From an uncultured Clostridia bacterium (GTDB lineage Bacteria > Bacillota > Clostridia > Christensenellales > Borkfalkiaceae), in the NCBI GenBank assembly GCA_947627015.1, contig CANQUL010000003.1:2895-66894 (forward strand): DNA of 64,000 bases, read 5' to 3'. The notes under the pieces were generated by a model. It worked only from the letters and a program-made list of their open reading frames with translations, did no database searches and was not told the DNA's origin. The position numbers and the translations under genes were made by a program. Shown here piece after piece: positions 51,801 to 60,800 of this stretch (positions within the stretch are counted from its first letter, which is position 1; each line of letters opens with the position of its first letter).

Positions 51801-54489
51801 CCTTCACGAACTCGCCGACGAGGACATTCCCAAGTACCTCGAGACGGTCGTGGAGATCGACGGCGCCATCGGACGCATCAAGGGGAGCACCAACCTCTCC
51901 AAGGTCTTCGTCGACCGCGGCGGGCGCATCGTTCCCAAAAAGCGCACGGAGTTCCTCGAAGCCCTCTACGGCCTGCACGAGACCTGCGCCGCGACCTTTA
52001 TGGATTACAACGCCGATTCCTTCAACGGAATGTGCGTCCGCGCCGCAAACGGCTATACCATGCCCATCCTCGAGGGTCTCTTAAAGGCTATCGACAGCTA
52101 TCATACCGCCGAGGAGAGCTTCCTCTCCGTCATCAACGCCGACCGCGCGAAACTGCGCGACGAGGACGTCCTCGACTACTTCTCCTCCAAGGCCTCGGCC
52201 CTCATCGACAACATCGACATGCTGCCCAATTGGTGCATGTACCGTGCGACCGCCCAGCGGCTCGCGGGCTACGGCCTGACCTTTATCACCGACAGTCTCG
52301 AGAGCGGACGGCTCAAGATCGAGAACATCCTTGCGGGCTTCGAAAAGAACGTCTACAAGAACTTCCTCGAGATCAACATCCCCGCCGATCCCGCCCTCTC
52401 CCGCATGACGGCGGGCACCTTCGAGGAGACCGTGGAAAAGTTCCGCCTTGCGTGGGAGGACTTCGGCAAGGTTACGCGGCAGTTCATCCGCTCCACGCTC
52501 ATCTCGCGCCTTCCGGGACCCGACGATGACGGCAGCCTCGCTCTCGAGCTCGCCGCGTTTACCCGTCTATCCAAGAGCAACCTGCGCGGCACGGGCATCC
52601 GCAGCCTGCTCGCCGAGATCCCCACGCTCTCGGCCGTCGTCTGTCCCTGCCTTCTCATGAGCCCTGTCACCGTGGCCCAATACCTGAAACCCGAGGCGGA
52701 CAGCTTCGACCTCGTCATCTTCGACGAGGCCTCCCAGATGTCCACGGCGGAGGCCATCGGCTCCATCGCACGGGCCAAGGCCGCCGTTATCGTGGGCGAC
52801 CCCAAACAGCTCCCGCCGACCGCCTTCTTCCACTCGACGTATGTCGACGAGGACAACCTCGAGAACGAGGACCTCGAGAGCATTCTCGACGACTGCCTCG
52901 CCCTCGGCATGCCCGAACGGCACCTCAAGTGGCATTACCGCAGCAAGCACGAGAGCCTCATCGCCTTCTCCAACAGCATGTACTACGACAACCGCCTCTG
53001 CACCTTCCCTTCTCCCGACGCCCTCGAGAGCAAGGTAAAGCTCGTCCTCGTGGACGGCGTGTACGACAGGGGATTCACCAAGCGCAACAAGAATGAGGCG
53101 GAGGCGCTCGTCAAGGAAGTCGTCCGCCGGCTCTCCGATCCCGTCCTGTCCCGTTCGAGCATGGGCATCGTGACCTTTTCGAGCGTACAGCGGGACGACA
53201 TCGAGCGTCAGCTCAACAAGGAGATCATCGCGCGGCACCTCGATTCCGTCGCCTATGACAGGGAGGAACCGCTCTTCGTCAAGAATCTCGAAAACGTGCA
53301 GGGCGACGAACGCGACGTCATCCTCTTCTCCGTCTGCTACGGGCCCGACAAGACGGGCAGGGTGTCGCTCAACTTCGGTCCGCTCAATCAGGCGGGCGGC
53401 TGGCGCCGTCTTAACGTCGCCGTCTCCCGTGCGCGCGAAGAGATGCTCGTATTCTCCACGATGACCGCCCCCATGATCGATCTCAACAAGACGTCCTCCA
53501 AGGGCGTTGCGGGGCTCAAGGCCTTCCTCGAATTTGCGGAAAAGGGCCGCACGACGCTCGCCGTCAAGTCCTCCGCCGTGAACACGGGCGAGGACATCGG
53601 AAAGTACATCGCCGACGAGCTCTCGGGCTACGGGTACGACTGCCGCGCCAACGTCGGCGTATCCGACTTTAAGCTCGACGTCGCCGTCGTCGACCCCAAG
53701 GACAAGCACCGCTTTGTGCTCGGCGTCCTCTGCGACGGCACCGACCGCTTCTCCGTCAAGGACCGCAACGTCCTGCAGGTGCAGACCTTAAAGCGCGCCA
53801 ACTGGAACGTGATGCGGGTCAACTGCGTCAACTATTACAACAACCCCAAGCGCGAACTCAAGCGCATCAAGGACATGCTCGACCGTCTCACGGGGGCGGA
53901 CAAGCGCTCCGATTCGTGGCTCAACAAGTACAAGCGGCCCTACAAGTGGGTCAAGCCCACGGCTTCGGAGACGTCCGTCTTTGTCACGGGCGGGGAGAAC
54001 GACCTCGCCATCATGGCCCGCATCAAGGAGATCGTCGCCGCCGAGGAACCCATTTCGCGCGCCTTCCTCCGCAAGCGCGTGCTCGCGACGTTCGGCATCC
54101 CCAAGAGCGGCAGCCGCGTGGACGCCCGTCTCGACGCGCTCATCGACGCCTGTGCCCTTCCCCGCGACCGCGTGATGGGCGTGGACTATTTCTACAAGAA
54201 TGCCAAGGCCATCCAGATCGGACGGTTCCGCGTGGAGACCGACGAGCCCGGCATGCCGAGAAGAGGGGAGGAAGATTTCACCGTCTACGAGACCCTCTCC
54301 CTCATCAAGGGCGCCCTCGAGGACCGCGTCGCCCTGTACATGGACGAGCTGCTCGCCGTCATCACGGGCGTCTACCGGGATCTCCGTCCGGGCGAACGGT
54401 TTGTCTCGTATCTTCGCGACTGCATCGCGTACGGCGAGGAGAAGGGTCTCTTCGTGCGGTCCGTCTCCGACCGCGTCTCGCTCGCATGA
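48880..54489 (+). CDS. 1869-aa DUF4011-type SF1 (Upf1/Dna2-like) helicase with C-terminal PD-(D/E)XK/DUF559-like and DUF3320-like regions
   Basis: M55 of ORF 48718..54489. DUF4011-like RLLDLTTKNTLLNF. Walker A GPPGTGKSQ (50869-50892), Walker B DEASQ (52723-52737), IVGDPKQLPPT, HYRSKHESLI, VQGDERDVILFS, RRLNVAVSRAR. Then YGYDCRANVGVSDFKLDVAVVDP...LGVLCDG, and a C-terminal EEPISRAFLRKRVLATFGI segment. Confidence 0.85.
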   Translation: MAVRKRKLTTEQLTLTLRFPKYVGYADYFLATPARIQIKNSFEEEIALTVTAECDEGLLVPYEQSVSVPFESSVELEAAGIFSPLFLAEANEVRTVTVRVTARSESKIKAMAEATVTVLPFDYWEGLSGNAERIATFVRPRLGDVSYILQEAGKRLRKWKADAEFYGYAGADKNTVRQIIAAVYASVHALGISHEDEDDLYMPVRAAREGSIVKEKKATPFELAVFTCACLEAAHLHPLLAVGRSGLGVGVWLYDSCFLDTAFDDAELVGKYTSEGINNLSFFDVEDLFAEHSVGYTPSENHFRQKLSQNYFESFVDIRRCRMGGIMPCPARGKGLKGYELYREEEMSPEEAPAPLPVFKELKLDGKQPKNKQWERRLLDLTTKNTLLNFTGKNALHLASSDCETLYNTLLAQGSMTLKADAAEDAPFGADVSQQKRDLLLLELQKGVLRAQGRAADTREAAVKLLRKNREAVEESGAKILYLALGFLRYVSKEDGTPKYAPIVLAPVGIGRAKGNEDFSVEASEEGFSVNATLLEYLKQEFNIDIRGLGGDVSALRIPEIIAMVRAETASMKGWDVVMDTYLAAFSFQSFLLWNDVRTQIEEFKKNATVSALLTGRAEKADYPSPHEEDTADPEEVLLPLPADSSQFSAISLSGTGASFVLHGPPGTGKSQTITNIIANALVAKKRVLFVAEKKAALDVVKKRLDQIGIGEFCLELHSGKTEKAGVLRRIEETLALAGTEEASAFGERSRELVALREELKVPMQALHKKRRLGLSVYQAILEYLKNKNAPDILDIESSFYDTLTEKKLSECKAMILTAASAAKECGGVFNSPFENVNLAAYSQELRDRVFCASEVVIAEIKHLKSFLGLFLEFYRQRISTLTRKKLRSVASIAAGLAEGKYRKYFQGVREEEFYLFYNANRRLDSCLAYYNKHFKALVDLDDCAEISRYLEMGGDWRLFKAAKNMVKRLSRVALHELADEDIPKYLETVVEIDGAIGRIKGSTNLSKVFVDRGGRIVPKKRTEFLEALYGLHETCAATFMDYNADSFNGMCVRAANGYTMPILEGLLKAIDSYHTAEESFLSVINADRAKLRDEDVLDYFSSKASALIDNIDMLPNWCMYRATAQRLAGYGLTFITDSLESGRLKIENILAGFEKNVYKNFLEINIPADPALSRMTAGTFEETVEKFRLAWEDFGKVTRQFIRSTLISRLPGPDDDGSLALELAAFTRLSKSNLRGTGIRSLLAEIPTLSAVVCPCLLMSPVTVAQYLKPEADSFDLVIFDEASQMSTAEAIGSIARAKAAVIVGDPKQLPPTAFFHSTYVDEDNLENEDLESILDDCLALGMPERHLKWHYRSKHESLIAFSNSMYYDNRLCTFPSPDALESKVKLVLVDGVYDRGFTKRNKNEAEALVKEVVRRLSDPVLSRSSMGIVTFSSVQRDDIERQLNKEIIARHLDSVAYDREEPLFVKNLENVQGDERDVILFSVCYGPDKTGRVSLNFGPLNQAGGWRRLNVAVSRAREEMLVFSTMTAPMIDLNKTSSKGVAGLKAFLEFAEKGRTTLAVKSSAVNTGEDIGKYIADELSGYGYDCRANVGVSDFKLDVAVVDPKDKHRFVLGVLCDGTDRFSVKDRNVLQVQTLKRANWNVMRVNCVNYYNNPKRELKRIKDMLDRLTGADKRSDSWLNKYKRPYKWVKPTASETSVFVTGGENDLAIMARIKEIVAAEEPISRAFLRKRVLATFGIPKSGSRVDARLDALIDACALPRDRVMGVDYFYKNAKAIQIGRFRVETDEPGMPRRGEEDFTVYETLSLIKGALEDRVALYMDELLAVITGVYRDLRPGERFVSYLRDCIAYGEEKGLFVRSVSDRVSLA

Positions 54490-54555
54490 GAGCGGGCTCC
54501 CGCCGCGGAACAAAGGGGGCGGCGCCGCCGAAGTGCACGTCCCCCGCAAAATCGC

Positions 54556-54584
54556 TTGACAAATCCTTCGGAACGTGGTACCAT
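54556..54584 (+). promoter_or_regulatory. sigma-A promoter of ktrBA
   Basis: TTGACA (54556-54561), 17 nt, TGG-TACCAT (54576-54584). Confidence 0.5.
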
Positions 54585-54598
54585 ACGCAGACAGAACG

Positions 54599-55954
54599 AT
54601 GAAACTTTTCAAGACGAAAAAGAGAATGAACGTCTGGAGCTACCTTGCACTCGGTTTTCTGACCGTGATCTTGCTTGGCAGTGTCCTTCTCGTACTTCCT
54701 TTTTCGGCGCGGGAGGGGCAGACGAGCTACATCGACGCGCTCTTCACCGCCGTATCGGCCGCCTGCGTCACCGGCCTCGTGCCCTTTGAGACCAACGTCC
54801 ATTGGAGCGAATTCGGGCAGGCCGTCATCCTCATTCTCATCCAGCTCGGCGGGCTCGGCTTCATGACGTTCGTCTCCGTCCTCCTGCTCATGGTCCGTCA
54901 CGGCCTCGGCCAATACGAGCGCCGCGCCGTCCTGCAATCGGTGGGCGGCGGCTCCCTCTCGGGGGTGAAAAAACTCGTCCGCCGCATCATCATCGGAACG
55001 GCCGTGTTCGAACTGCTCGGCGCCGCGCTGCTGTCCATCCGGTTTATTCCCGATCTCGGGGTGGGAAGGGGCATCTGGTACGCCTTCTTCCACTCCGTGT
55101 CGGCCTTCTGCAATGCGGGCTTCGACCTCATGGGCGGAACGGCCGTCGGCACGGGTTCGCTCTCCCATTATGTGGGCGATCCGCTCGTCGTGCTCACCGT
55201 GTGCGGGCTGATCGTATTCGGCGGGCTCGGCTTCTGCATCTGGGGCGACGTCATTGACTGCCACCTCAATCCCAAAAAGTTTTCCTTCTATACGCGGGTC
55301 ATCCTCGTCGTCAACACTACGCTCCTCGTCGGGGGTGCGGCGCTCTTCCTTCTCTTCGAATGGAACCATGCCTACGCGGGCATGGGGGTAGGCGAAAAGG
55401 TCCTTGCCGCGATTTTCAACTCCACGACGGCGCGCACCGCGGGCTTCTGGACGACCGATCCCTGCACGCTTTCGGACAGCGGATATCTTCTGACCGTCAT
55501 CCTGATGTTCATCGGCGGCTGTTCGGGAAGCACGGCGGGCGGCATCAAGGTGGGGACGTTCACCGTCATCGTGATGGGCATGTTCACCGCATTCCGCCGC
55601 TCGCACGACATCAACATCGGGAAGCGCAGGATCGAGGTGGGGCTGCTCTTTCAAGCACTTGCCATCTTCGCCGCCTATCTCTTCCTCGTGCTCATCGCGA
55701 CGCTCATCATCTCGGCAGTTCAGCCGGGCGGGCAGGACAGCTTCCGCGCCACGCTCTTCGAGACGGTCTCCGCGCTCGGCACGGTGGGACTGTCCATGTC
55801 CTTTACGGGCACGCTCTATTGGGGCTCCAAGCTCATTCTCATCCTGCTCATGTACGCGGGCCGCGTGGGCATTCTGACCCTCGCCTTCGCCCTTGCGCAC
55901 AAGCACACCGGGGGTACCGTCCGCCGTCCCGCCGACACCTTCTACATTGGGTGA
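54599..55954 (+). CDS. ktrB: K+ uptake system membrane subunit (KtrB/TrkH family)
   Basis: M9 of ORF 54575..55954. Four MPM repeats with selectivity-filter-like glycines (SAACVTGL, SAFCNAGF, TARTAGF, LGTVGLS). Confidence 0.9.
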   Translation: MKLFKTKKRMNVWSYLALGFLTVILLGSVLLVLPFSAREGQTSYIDALFTAVSAACVTGLVPFETNVHWSEFGQAVILILIQLGGLGFMTFVSVLLLMVRHGLGQYERRAVLQSVGGGSLSGVKKLVRRIIIGTAVFELLGAALLSIRFIPDLGVGRGIWYAFFHSVSAFCNAGFDLMGGTAVGTGSLSHYVGDPLVVLTVCGLIVFGGLGFCIWGDVIDCHLNPKKFSFYTRVILVVNTTLLVGGAALFLLFEWNHAYAGMGVGEKVLAAIFNSTTARTAGFWTTDPCTLSDSGYLLTVILMFIGGCSGSTAGGIKVGTFTVIVMGMFTAFRRSHDINIGKRRIEVGLLFQALAIFAAYLFLVLIATLIISAVQPGGQDSFRATLFETVSALGTVGLSMSFTGTLYWGSKLILILLMYAGRVGILTLAFALAHKHTGGTVRRPADTFYIG

Positions 55955-56009
55955 GCGGCCGTCCGGATCGCATCCCCGCGGCAAAAATCTTGCAAAGAGG
56001 AGTAACTGT

Positions 56010-56663
56010 ATGAAATCGTTTCTGCTGATCGGCATGGGAAAGTTCGGCCGCATGCTCGGCGAAAAGATGCTGAACATGGGCGACGAGGTGACCATCGTCG
56101 ACAAGAGCGAGAGCGTGATCGACACGCTCGGTTCCAAGTACACCAACGCCATGATCGCCAACTGCATGAATGCGGACGCTCTCGCGCTCATGGACGTCCC
56201 GTCGTATAACGCCTGCATCGTGGCCATCGGCGACGACTTTCAGGCGTCCCTCGAGATCGCATCCAACCTCAAAGATTTAGGGGCGAAGCGCGTCATCTCG
56301 CGTGCGGCCACCGAGATCCAGAGCAAGTTCCTCCTCCGCGTCGGGGCGGACGAAGTCATCTATCCCGACCGCGATATTGCGGAAAAGCTCGCCGTGCGGC
56401 TCAACTCCACCAACGTCATCAACTATATCGACCTCGACGCCGAGTACTCCATCTTCGAGATCGCATGCCCTTCGCGCTGGGCGGGGAAGAAACTCATAGA
56501 CATCAACCCGCGCAAAAAGCTCGGCATGAACATTCTGACCATCAAGAAGGGGAAGTCGGTCATCAGCACGCTCGACGGGGAATATGTGTTCGAGACGGGC
56601 GACCAGCTCGTCGTGTTCGGCAACACCGAGCGCATCCTCGAATTTACCAACAAGACAAAGTGA
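56010..56663 (+). CDS. ktrA: K+ uptake system peripheral NAD-binding subunit (KtrA/TrkA-N plus TrkA-C)
   Basis: M40 of ORF 55893..56663 after AAGAGGAG. Rossmann motif LLIGMGKFGRMLGEKM. 217 aa. Confidence 0.9.
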   Translation: MKSFLLIGMGKFGRMLGEKMLNMGDEVTIVDKSESVIDTLGSKYTNAMIANCMNADALALMDVPSYNACIVAIGDDFQASLEIASNLKDLGAKRVISRAATEIQSKFLLRVGADEVIYPDRDIAEKLAVRLNSTNVINYIDLDAEYSIFEIACPSRWAGKKLIDINPRKKLGMNILTIKKGKSVISTLDGEYVFETGDQLVVFGNTERILEFTNKTK

Positions 56664-56672
56664 GAAAAAATG

Positions 56673-56712
56673 AAGCGCGGCGGCTGCCAACATGGTAGCC
56701 GCCGCGCTTTTT
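56673..56712. terminator. bidirectional terminator between ktrA and fba
   Basis: Perfect 13-bp stem AAGCGCGGCGGCT / AGCCGCCGCGCTT, 11-nt loop, T-run downstream and A-run upstream. Confidence 0.7.
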
Positions 56713-56743
56713 GCGTTGTTTTTCGGGAAAGGGTTTGGGCCGC

Positions 56744-57679
56744 TTACGCCTTGTCGGCGGAGCCGAGCACGTCGATGATCTTGTGCTTGACGAGGGCCTT
56801 CATGTTGGCGCGCGCATCGCCGAGATACTGTCTCGGGTCAAAGTGCGAGGGGTTCTCCGTAAAGTGTTTGCGGATGGCCGCGGTAAAGGCGACGCGGAGG
56901 TCGGAGTCGATGTTGATCTTGCAGACGGCGAGCTTTGCGGCCTTGCGGAGTTCGGATTCGGGGATGCCGATGGCGTTGGGCATGGAGCCGCCGAATTCGT
57001 TGACGATGGCGACCTGATCCTGCGGAACGCTTGAGGCGCCGTGCAGTACGATGGGGAAGCCGGGCAGCCGCCTGCCGACCTCTTCGAGGATATCGATGCG
57101 GAGCTTGGGATCCTGACCGGGCTTGAACTTATAGGCGCCGTGCGAGGTCCCGATGGCGATGGCGAGCGAGTCGATGCCCGTGCGCTGCGTGAACTCTTCC
57201 ACTTCGTCGGGCGAGGTGAACATCGCATCGCTTGCCGCGACGTTGACGTCGTCCTCGATGCCCGCGAGCTTGCCGAGTTCGGCCTCGACGACCACACCGT
57301 GATCGTGCGCGTATTCGACGACCTTCTTGGTGAGGGCGATGTTCTCCTCCCAAGGCTTGGAGGAGGCGTCGATCATGACGGAGGTGAATCCGCCGTCGAT
57401 GGAGGCCTTGCAGATCTCAAAATCCGCGCCGTGGTCGAGGTGCATGGCGATGGGGATGTTCGTCGTCTCGACGGCCGCCGCGACGAGGTGTTTGAGGTAG
57501 ACGGGGTTGGCATATTTTCTCGCGCCCGCGGAGACCTGCAAAATGACGGGAGAATTGCACTCCTCGGCCGCTTCGACGATGGCCTGGATCATCTCCATGT
57601 TGTTGACGTTGAACGCGCCGACGGCATATCCGCCCGCGTAGGCTTTTTTGAACATTTCGGTGGTTGTGACTAAAGGCAT
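56744..57679 (-). CDS. fba: class II fructose-1,6-bisphosphate aldolase
   Basis: M20 of ORF 56744..57736 (MPLVTTTEMFKKAYAGGYAVGAFNVNNME) after GGAGG. HLDHG, SVMIDAS, LHGASS motifs. Confidence 0.95.
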   Translation of the reverse strand: MPLVTTTEMFKKAYAGGYAVGAFNVNNMEMIQAIVEAAEECNSPVILQVSAGARKYANPVYLKHLVAAAVETTNIPIAMHLDHGADFEICKASIDGGFTSVMIDASSKPWEENIALTKKVVEYAHDHGVVVEAELGKLAGIEDDVNVAASDAMFTSPDEVEEFTQRTGIDSLAIAIGTSHGAYKFKPGQDPKLRIDILEEVGRRLPGFPIVLHGASSVPQDQVAIVNEFGGSMPNAIGIPESELRKAAKLAVCKINIDSDLRVAFTAAIRKHFTENPSHFDPRQYLGDARANMKALVKHKIIDVLGSADKA

Positions 57680-57707
57680 ATGGGATCCTCCGGATGGGTT
57701 TTTCCCT

Positions 57708-57736
57708 ATTATACTATCATTGCCCGAAAAAAGCAA
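57708..57736 (-). promoter_or_regulatory. sigma-A promoter of fba
   Basis: Minus strand TTGCTT (57731-57736), 17 nt, TATAAT (57708-57713). Confidence 0.5.
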
Positions 57737-57798
57737 GCGTTTTCCCCGCCTTCCCCGAACTTGCCGCGAAAGGATTTTGCTTTCCCCGCTTCATTTGC

Positions 57799-57828
57799 TT
57801 GACAAATTGCAGGGGAAACGGCTATACT
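57799..57828 (+). promoter_or_regulatory. candidate promoter of the giant lipoprotein gene
   Basis: TTGACA (57799-57804), 18 nt, TATACT (57823-57828). A second TATAAT at 57834-57839 lacks a -35. Confidence 0.4.
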
Positions 57829-57860
57829 GTATGTATAATTTCTTGATTCGTTCCGCATAC

Positions 57861-57878
57861 ATTCATAAATATATGAAT
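57861..57878. promoter_or_regulatory. AT-rich palindrome in the lipoprotein gene leader
   Basis: ATTCATA-AATA-TATGAAT (7-bp arms), ending 20 nt before the start codon. Confidence 0.3.
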
Positions 57879-57898
57879 AATTGCGGAGAGGAGGAAGT

Positions 57899-60800
57899 AT
57901 GAAATTCATCAAGAGAGGCGCTCTTATCGTCCTTTCCGTGCTGCTTCTTGCGGCGCTGTGCGCCCTTGCGGCCTGCACGGATCCGGAGGACCCCAAGGAG
58001 ACGGGTACGCTCGTACTCGATGCGGGGGAGGGCGGAACGCTCGCGGAGAGCGAGTTCACGGTCGAAGTCGACACCCCGCTCACGGGCTTTTTGAGCGGAA
58101 AGACCCCGACCGCGGCAGACGGCCTCACCTTTGCGGGTTGGTACGATGCAAAGGGCGATGCGATCGCGGATGACGCTACCATGCCCGAGAATACGCTTAC
58201 ACTTTTTGCAAAATACACGGCCGAATACACCGTGACGCTCTCCGTGGAACAGGGCGACGGCAGCTTTACGGACGAGAATGCGACGGGCACGGCCTTCTTC
58301 GGAGAGCCCTTTACCTATCAGCCCGAACGCGCGCACTACGAAGTCGATCCCGACGCCGAGAACCGTCTTTCGACGGACAAACTCGGCGCGCACGAGCACT
58401 TTACCGCGCGGCTCCTGTTTGAGCGGTATTCCGTCGTATATTATGTAAATTCCCCGGACAAGGATATCGAAGTCTCGGGCTCGATCCCGACGGAAAAGGT
58501 TCGTTACGGCGAGACCGTCACCGTTGCGGACGGATCCGTGCTCGACGCCGGCCCCGACTATCGGTTCGCGGGCTGGTCGTTTACGGGGGAGGAGCCCGAT
58601 GCGGCCTACGCGCCGGGGACGGAGATTTCTCCCGAGGCGAATGTCTATCTCCGCGCCGTCTGGGATAAGGCCTATCCCGACCGTTATGGCGGGGTGGACC
58701 GCCTGTTCGTGCTTCGCACCGCGGAGAACAAGGTCATCCTCCGCCGTCCGGGCGTCGGCGAGTTCGAGGGAACGCTCGGCGAGAACGGCATCTTTACCGT
58801 GCCTGGCATGGCGTATACGGGGCGTATCAATTCCAACGGGACCTTCACCTATGTGCGCGAAGCGCAGGCGGGGACCTATCTGCATCTCGACGCCTACACG
58901 GGCGAGCTTGCGGAGGACGGGGCCACCATCGAGCTCGATGCCTATGACGGCGCCGTCTATCGGGACGGAAACGAGACCGTGACGGGAAGCTATGACCTCG
59001 ACGGCGACCTCTACCGCTTCTATTTCCCCGATTCGGCCGAGGGATTCGAATTCTATGTGCGCGAATACGAGAGCGCGGACGGGCCGATTTCCGTCTATGT
59101 CCGGCAGGGCGCCGAAACAGGCAGCTATCTCGGCTTCCGTCTTGCGGGAGCGGCCGGCATCGATTCGGAATACGATGACATTCTCGTCCTCGACGGCTTC
59201 GGCAACGCCGGCGTGTACGATGTGGCCGACCTCGTTCTCGAAGATACGGCCACGCTTGTCGAGGCGGGCACCTACCGTCCCGTGGGCGACAGCGAAGCGG
59301 AGCTGCTTCTCACCGACGGTACGTCCGCATACCGCCGTCTGCGCGTCCTGCTTGCAACGTACAACGACTCTCCCGCGTGGTTTGCCTATCACGAAGAGGC
59401 GGCGGGCGAATATACCTCCGAGGCGGGTACGCTCGTCCTCGACGGATACGGTTACAGTATGACGAGCGCAAGCCTCACGCCCGCAGGCGGCGGCAGGCCG
59501 ACGGGCGGCATGTACGTCGTCGAAGAGAGCTTCTTCGGGACGGTCGTTCGTCTCACTTCGGGCACGGGCGATTACAGCGTGACGACGACATACCTCCTCG
59601 AGGGCAGGACGTTCCGCGAAGTGGGCGGAGCGGATTATGGCGAATACCTCATGCTCGGCGAGGACGGCAATGCCGCCGCGCCCCTCCTCGTTCTCGACGG
59701 AAGGGGCGGCGCCGAACTCTGGAACAGCGGCACGCTGCTTGCGCGCGGCAAGGCGGAGACGGCGGACGGGCGGTTCCGCTATACCCAGACCGAATTGATC
59801 GACGAGACCGCGGAGGTCCCCACCATGTTTGCGTTCGACCTTCGCACAACACAGTTTACGGACGGCGTGCACACGGTGTATACGGTCTATGACGCGACCC
59901 GCGTCGTGACGCTCACGGGCGAGGACGGCACCCTCTCTTATGACAACTACGGCTTCGCGCACTATGTCACCGCAGGGGGTGAGACGTACGAGGGCCGCTA
60001 CTTTATCGTCGGGGAGAACCCGCACTTCACGATCGGCTTCTCCATCATGGAGTTCTACACCCTTACGGACGGCACATATCTGTACTTCCGTTTCGACGCC
60101 GCGGCGCACACCTTCAAGCGCCTTTCGGACGACATCGGCAGCTACGGGGAATACTTCAACGACTTTGAGCTCGACACGGAGAATGCGGGCACGGTCTTCC
60201 TCTCGGGCGACGAATTTGCGGCCTATCTCACGCAGGACGGCGCTGCGACGACGGGAACGTACCAAAAGAAGAACGGCGTGTATGTCTTTACGTCGGATGC
60301 GTTCACCTTTGAATTTATGCTCGTCGATTACGAGGGAGAGGCCTACTTCCTCCGCCGCACCGGGCGTTGGGACGGAAAGCTCGTCCTCCGCGATGCGGGC
60401 GGTTCTCCCGTCACGCTCACCCTTGACGGATACTGCACGGCGACCGATTCGAACGGCACGGAGGGGAACTACCTCTTGCTCGGGCCCCGCGGCGACGACA
60501 ATCTGCTCCGCGTGTATGTCTCCGACGGCACGGGCGACGCCTACTTCGATATCGATATCGACAAGGCGCTCTACCGCGAAGTGGGCTACGAGGTGGGCGA
60601 ATACTATGTCTATGCGGACGGCGAATACGGCAGCGCGATCCTCACCCTCGACGGCTACGGAAAGGCGGCGATCTATGACATCACCTCGGGCGATTACGTT
60701 TTGAGCAAGGAGGGGACTTACCGCATCACCGACCTTGAGGAGCTCTCTCTCGAAGTGACCTTTGCGGAGGAAGCGCCGCAGGAGGCGAGCCTCCGTTACA

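Noticed and set aside
54490-54598. An expected c-di-AMP (ydaO/kimA-type) riboswitch upstream of the ktrBA potassium uptake genes.
   Set aside because: The promoter (-10 at 54579-54584) leaves a leader of only ~10 nt before the ktrB start, so there is no room for a riboswitch.
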